Source of the DNA: an uncultured Rubripirellula sp.
GTDB lineage: Bacteria > Planctomycetota > Planctomycetia > Pirellulales > Pirellulaceae
Direction: 5' to 3'
Assembly: GCA_938085445.1 (NCBI GenBank)
Contig: CALKGR010000002.1
Span: forward strand, 1-64,000
DNA length: 64,000 nt
The translations under genes and the position numbers were made by a program. The notes under the pieces were generated by a model. The model saw nothing but the letters and a program-made list of their open reading frames with translations, was not told where the DNA came from and ran no database searches. Position 1 is the stretch's first letter. The number at the start of each line of letters is the position of its first letter. Shown here piece after piece: positions 59,004-64,000 of the stretch.

Positions 59004-59606
59004 ATGTTTGACGATCTATTCCAAATAGTCGCGTTACTTGCCGTCATTGGCACCTCCATTTTCCGATTTATCAAAGCGCGGAAAGTCAAAAAGGTACGAG
59101 AGCAATTGGCAGCAGTAGCCTCACGTATCAACGCATCGGTTGACCCCGGCCAACGCAGCATCAGCGGCAAGATTGAAGATATTCCCTTCAAGGTAAAATA
59201 CGAGCCAGCGTTGGAAAAGACACCGGCCCGCATCGATGTCGTTCTCAACAAAGCCTTACCGTTCAAGCTCAACATCGCAGCAAGGGTAGCACCATTCGAT
59301 CCTGAAAAAGCTAATCGCGCTGGCGAGTTTCTACTAGACCAACGCAAATTTGATGAACAATTCAGTGTATCAACCAACGACCCAGACGCATGTCGCGAGT
59401 ACCTGATGGATCCTCTGTTCCACCAAGGCGTTGAATTTGTCGTCTCGCAAGGTTATTCCATCCGGTACACACATCGTCGAGCTGTCTTTGCAAGCCCGCA
59501 AACAGAATGGCTCGCTGACACAGAGAAGGCGGCAGCAAAAATGGAGAAGCTTTTAATGTTAGCCTACTCACTGATTGCCGAGTTCGAAGATCCAACAGAA
59601 CCATAA
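59004..59606 (+). CDS. N-terminally membrane-anchored hypothetical protein
   Basis: Hydrophobic helix followed by a Lys/Arg-rich stop-transfer segment; D..FDEQF.V.TND motif. Confidence 0.7.
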   Translation: MFDDLFQIVALLAVIGTSIFRFIKARKVKKVREQLAAVASRINASVDPGQRSISGKIEDIPFKVKYEPALEKTPARIDVVLNKALPFKLNIAARVAPFDPEKANRAGEFLLDQRKFDEQFSVSTNDPDACREYLMDPLFHQGVEFVVSQGYSIRYTHRRAVFASPQTEWLADTEKAAAKMEKLLMLAYSLIAEFEDPTEP

Positions 59607-59683
59607 AGCTTGGTCGAAACTCAACGCTGAGAGTCCCATTCAATAAGTTGTCCAAAGGGCACCTGATGTGCACCGTTGGACGC

Positions 59684-61066
59684 TTACATCTCGATGCCGA
59701 AACCAGCACGCTTGGGACGGTCTACCAAACCCTGAGCCCTGGAATTCCCAATCACCACCTCGTTGACCGGATCCCAACGGACCGATTCGCCCAACCGTGC
59801 GGCAATTCCCGCTAAATGACAGGTTGTCAAAGCCCTGTGGTGGCTGGCCACATCCGACACCGGCTCTCTCCGCGCACTCAGGGCCATAAAGAAATTTTCA
59901 ACATGATCGCTCAATGGCTGCCCTTTGTAGACCCGCTCCAGTGCTCCGTCTGGTAATGGATTCAAACGCAAGTCCTCAACAGGTTTCCCAGTCAAGCGTC
60001 CGCGGTTAACAAAAATGCGTCCATCGGTGCCCTCAAACAGGATGCCATTATCCGTATCATGCCGAATTTCAAGTTCCATCCCGTCAGCATACGTCGCGTT
60101 GATCAGAAAACGTGTTGCCGTGTTGTAACAATCGCGTCGCACGGGCTTCCCAACCTCAAACTCAGTTGGGTGTTCCACCATTACAGGGTCAACCGTAACT
60201 GGCCCCGTTTCGGTTTTCCCCATACCCCAGGTAGCGATGTCGACATGGTGGGCACCCCAATCAGTGAGCTTTCCCCCTGAAAAGTCGTACCACCAGCGGA
60301 ACTCGTAATGCCCATTGGACCATTCCTTCATGATGTTGTTGGCACCGGACTGATAACGATAGTCTGTCTTCGGAGCGGGCCCCAACCATCGATCCCAATC
60401 CAAATTTTTAGGAGGTGTTACTGGGCTCAAACGCGGACTCTCGGGGCTTGAATCGATCCCACACACAACTTTTTTGATTTCTCCCAGCCTTCCAGCACGA
60501 ATCATGGCAACCGCCTTGATGAACTGAACTGTACTGCGTTGCTGAGTTCCTACCTGAAACACAGCACCAGTCTTCTGCTGAACTTCCCTGATCAACTGGC
60601 CCTCGCCGATCGTCAAGGTCATCGGTTTTTCGCAGTAAACGTCTTTGCCGGACAACATCGCTTCAATTGCAATTTTTGCGTGCCAATGGTCCGGGGTCAC
60701 AATATGCACCACATCAATCGACTTATCATCGATTACCTTGCGATAATCTCCGCATTGCATTGGCGGAACAGTGGACCACTCTTTCACAATTTCGCCGGCT
60801 CTCTTCAATCGATTCTGGTCGACGTCACACACAGCGACCACATCGCCATAGCGCGGAAACCGTTTTCCGAGCCCGTAATTTGCTTTGGGAACCATGACGC
60901 GTTTGTCCCACCGCAAACCACAACCGATCACCCCAATCGTAGGACGCTCGCTGGGAGACTGAAAACCAAACGCCTGCTCGCTACGTCGAATTCCCGTCGA
61001 TCCCGCAACCACCGAGGCTGTACCGGCCACGAAGCCCCGTCTTGTGATTTCATTGCGATTCAACAT
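59684..61066 (-). CDS. TAT-exported Gfo/Idh/MocA oxidoreductase
   Basis: TRRGFV, IGVIGCG, TPDHWH, KDVYCEKP, QVGTQQRS, WLGPAP, DWGAHHVD. Confidence 0.93.
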   Translation of the reverse strand: MLNRNEITRRGFVAGTASVVAGSTGIRRSEQAFGFQSPSERPTIGVIGCGLRWDKRVMVPKANYGLGKRFPRYGDVVAVCDVDQNRLKRAGEIVKEWSTVPPMQCGDYRKVIDDKSIDVVHIVTPDHWHAKIAIEAMLSGKDVYCEKPMTLTIGEGQLIREVQQKTGAVFQVGTQQRSTVQFIKAVAMIRAGRLGEIKKVVCGIDSSPESPRLSPVTPPKNLDWDRWLGPAPKTDYRYQSGANNIMKEWSNGHYEFRWWYDFSGGKLTDWGAHHVDIATWGMGKTETGPVTVDPVMVEHPTEFEVGKPVRRDCYNTATRFLINATYADGMELEIRHDTDNGILFEGTDGRIFVNRGRLTGKPVEDLRLNPLPDGALERVYKGQPLSDHVENFFMALSARREPVSDVASHHRALTTCHLAGIAARLGESVRWDPVNEVVIGNSRAQGLVDRPKRAGFGIEM

Positions 61067-61252
61067 GCTTCTCTACTCCACGTCAACAAAAGTTCTTCTT
61101 GCCCAGCACACTTCGGGAACGTCTGCTTTAAAGACCGGCGATAAAGCGTTGCACCAACGCAAACAGATTCCAGCAAGCAGGCAAAACAAAAAACATTCTC
61201 AGACAACAACCACACCGCACCGGCAGTCGTCAATCAATACGACCACGGACCC

Positions 61253-62929
61253 TTACTTGATCCGTTCTGCGATGCATTCACCTAAAAAGAGAATTCCTTC
61301 CGTGTCCAGAACCAACTGCTTATCCTGAACGGGGAAATTAGTAATGAAATTCAGATCGGTATTCTCATCAGCATTACATACCTCAGCGATCGCTTTCCGC
61401 ACATCGATATCGTCAACACGCTCATTCCGGGTTGGCGGTTGTTGACTCACATACCACGCGAGCCCAGGGCGTTTCAAGTCCACACGACTCTGCGTGATGA
61501 GTTCCTTAAGCCATCCTGCGGCATCACGCCGATACGGAGGCATGGACATATCGTTCTCGCCTACATGATAAAGAATTCCAGCCAACTCAACCTCATTTCC
61601 CCTCTCCTCGAGTTCGCGGATTGACTCGTTCACAAATTCGATAAACTGTGTGTAGAGATTACGTGACTTGGCAATACTACCCTCAGGTGTCCAGTCATTC
61701 ATCTGCGAGCCACTATGAGTGAACTTCGCAATTGCAAAATCGTCCCGTCCCCTCGCCTGCATTGCCATTGCAAAGCTAACCTCAGGGCCAAACGTGTCAT
61801 ACAAACCTGCGGCACTAAGCGGTTCCCAGCCGTTTGAAACATGCTGACCACCGGCCACGTTGTACTTATACGCGATGCTCGCATCTGACTTTAAAAACTC
61901 CGGATGCCGAGCCACTAAATCCTGTACGAACGCTCGTTCACCCTCCATGTTCCGATGACCCGCTAGCACATACAACTTGATCTTTGACTTGCTTGCATAT
62001 GGCCAGACCCGCAACCGCCGATCAATGTCTTTCTGTTTACCAATGGTTTTTAAATAAGCATTGGCGTAATTGACACCGTGCTCCAATTGCCCGAGCGTTC
62101 CATAGTGGTAATGCAAACCCACACCTGATCCGATCTCCACTCCAACATGCGACGTAGGCACATATTCAGCCTTGGAATCACTTCCTACCGCAAATTTCTG
62201 CCCAACACTGATTGCATACATTCTGGGACGCAGGTCCATTCCCCAAATTGTCTTGGTGCACAGTTCCCCGACATAGAACTTAAGATCCGGCAAGCCCAAG
62301 TCCCGCCGCCAGCACGCAAAGAACCGCTTCAGATTTTTTCCATATGCAGCCATGTAGTTCTCATTGAACATATCATTCTCGCCCTGATGCCACATGAAAC
62401 CCTCAACCCGATATTTGACTCCGGCATCCGTCAATTGTTTCAATGAATCACGCACCAATTCAAGCGCCAGCGGATACATTTTGAACCCCTCTGGTGAATC
62501 TGGATTCCAGTCTCCACCCAGATGCGTTCCCCCAGCAGCGCATTTGATGACCGCAATGGGTGCATCAATCTGATCAGTAATCAATCTTGCGAAACTGAGC
62601 TCCGGCCCGACCACATCATTGACTGGCGCCAGTGCATCCCATCCATCGGACCGAAACTTGTTCTCCCGGCCAATGCAATATGAAAATTTAACATCGGTCT
62701 GTGGCTGGCCGTAGCCCCGAAAGGGAGGGAAGCGTTCAACATCCGACACATTGGAGTCTGACCCCACCATATTAGACTGACCAGCAAAGATGAACACTCG
62801 CGTGACCGCTTCCTCATCACTCTGTTCCTGACCATCATCTGCATCGACGCGTTGCAGACCCAACAGCGATACGACAAGAAAAAAGGGAATCGCTTTCGCA
62901 TAGCACGCTACAGGAACGGGTTGAAACAT
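61253..62929 (-). CDS. Tandem SASA/CE6-like (SGNH) carbohydrate acetylesterase
   Basis: Domain 1: FAGQSNM, GPELSF, WHQGEND, LHYHY. Domain 2: LAGHRNM, GPEVSF, YHVGEND. Confidence 0.85.
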   Translation of the reverse strand: MFQPVPVACYAKAIPFFLVVSLLGLQRVDADDGQEQSDEEAVTRVFIFAGQSNMVGSDSNVSDVERFPPFRGYGQPQTDVKFSYCIGRENKFRSDGWDALAPVNDVVGPELSFARLITDQIDAPIAVIKCAAGGTHLGGDWNPDSPEGFKMYPLALELVRDSLKQLTDAGVKYRVEGFMWHQGENDMFNENYMAAYGKNLKRFFACWRRDLGLPDLKFYVGELCTKTIWGMDLRPRMYAISVGQKFAVGSDSKAEYVPTSHVGVEIGSGVGLHYHYGTLGQLEHGVNYANAYLKTIGKQKDIDRRLRVWPYASKSKIKLYVLAGHRNMEGERAFVQDLVARHPEFLKSDASIAYKYNVAGGQHVSNGWEPLSAAGLYDTFGPEVSFAMAMQARGRDDFAIAKFTHSGSQMNDWTPEGSIAKSRNLYTQFIEFVNESIRELEERGNEVELAGILYHVGENDMSMPPYRRDAAGWLKELITQSRVDLKRPGLAWYVSQQPPTRNERVDDIDVRKAIAEVCNADENTDLNFITNFPVQDKQLVLDTEGILFLGECIAERIK

Positions 62930-63117
62930 GAGTCATGCACCATGACGAAGAGTGAAAACAAAACAACCACCGCACGCGTCCACCTGATCACCACAACGCC
63001 CAGGGCATCCTCCCCGAAGCGAGGACACCCAGATACGGTACCACCAGTCAACACAGCAGGGTGCAGACCACCATCATGTCAACCATAGAGCCGCCGCGTT
63101 AGTGAGCGACCTCACGC

Positions 63118-64000
63118 TCACTTCGCAAAATACCGGTGAGACGCATCGCCACCGCTCAACAGGTAAGCAACCAGATCAAGCACTTCATTCTGCGTCATGG
63201 GGTTCAGCAAACCGGATGGCATGGCTGAAACTTCCGAGACCTCAAGCAGATCGATTTCCTTGCGGTCGATCCCAACTCGTTTATTGGGGTCCGTCAGATC
63301 GGTATTCAAAGTCATGCTGTCACCATTCAGATTGACAACCACCCCGGTGTGAACTGCACCATCAAGCGTCAACACTTTGACAGCGGAGAACTGCTCATTA
63401 ATCACTTTGCTCGGATTAACGACCTGGTCCAGCAAATCATGCGGCGAATAACGCCGCCCTGCGGAAGTCAAATCAGGCCCAGTCATTCCACCCTGTGTTC
63501 CAAATCTGTGACATGCGTAACATCCCGACGCGGCAAACATTTTTTTTCCGTTTGTAAAATCACGTTTCACAAGACCTGTCTTGGCCGATTTGGAAAGCTC
63601 GTCCAGCGTCCACTCGGTCGGAGTTCGCCCTACGAACACCTCACCGAGATTCTCCAAAGCAGATTTTACAACAGGCTTTCGGGCCAACAGCTCAGACATC
63701 TGCTGTTTTTGTTCATCAGAAAGCGATGCAACCGCATCATCACGAATGAACTGAATGAACTTCGCGAAACTAGCTCCGCCTCGGTAGTTTGCCGCCTTCA
63801 GGAACCACTTGAAATAGGCATTTTGCAGATCAGGCGTCCACCCTTCTTTCAGCATGCGAATCGAGCGTGCGTACTGCATTTGCTCTTCCTGCGTCGGCGC
63901 GTTGGCGATCAATTCCATTGCCACTGGGGCAACTGCGGACGACTGCAGATAGGCAAGGGTCTCGCACAGCAACCAGTTCGACTCAGCGGACTTAGCGGGA
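63118..64000 (-). CDS. C-terminal part of a PVC-type heme-binding (CxxCH) membrane-bound dehydrogenase-like protein; continues beyond the window
   Basis: GKKMF...CYACH.F...GG..GPDLT, ..PS..I, S.MP.GL, DLVAYL. Confidence 0.88.
   Translation of the reverse strand, partial: PAKSAESNWLLCETLAYLQSSAVAPVAMELIANAPTQEEQMQYARSIRMLKEGWTPDLQNAYFKWFLKAANYRGGASFAKFIQFIRDDAVASLSDEQKQQMSELLARKPVVKSALENLGEVFVGRTPTEWTLDELSKSAKTGLVKRDFTNGKKMFAASGCYACHRFGTQGGMTGPDLTSAGRRYSPHDLLDQVVNPSKVINEQFSAVKVLTLDGAVHTGVVVNLNGDSMTLNTDLTDPNKRVGIDRKEIDLLEVSEVSAMPSGLLNPMTQNEVLDLVAYLLSGGDASHRYFAK

Overview
A gene-dense bacterial window. Its content (two DUF1592/DUF1588-type cytochrome c proteins with a DUF1552 partner, a PVC-type heme-binding protein, DUF1080, several sulfatases, TAT-exported Gfo/Idh/MocA) points to a Planctomycete, probably Pirellulaceae-like; this assignment is inference. 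From left to right it holds: a serine hydrolase; a DUF1552/DUF1592 locus interrupted by a 2207-aa sulfatase-sialidase-acetylesterase-sulfatase fusion; periplasmic hydrolases; a frameshifted EF-hand gene; a 1.3-kb intergenic region with repeats, predicted RNA structure and small ORFs; a light-repair patch (Fe-S-less (6-4) photolyase-like gene, TIGR03643 gene) beside a methyltransferase pseudogene; a HEAT/coiled-coil gene pair; two sulfatases; a ~20-kb minus-strand MoxR/DUF58/BatA/VWA cluster; then rbgA and metabolic genes. The top finding is the secreted protein upstream of the MoxR operon. It appears to stop at Gly-Ser-Cys-TGA (53499-53501), but the frame stays open for 37 protein-like codons and a hairpin follows the UGA, making it a candidate Cys-Sec selenoprotein. 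It is co-oriented with a thioredoxin, a truncated hemoglobin and a giant VWA-TPR fusion. No rRNA, tRNA, CRISPR array or transposase was recognised. All family calls come from motif recognition by eye, with no database search.
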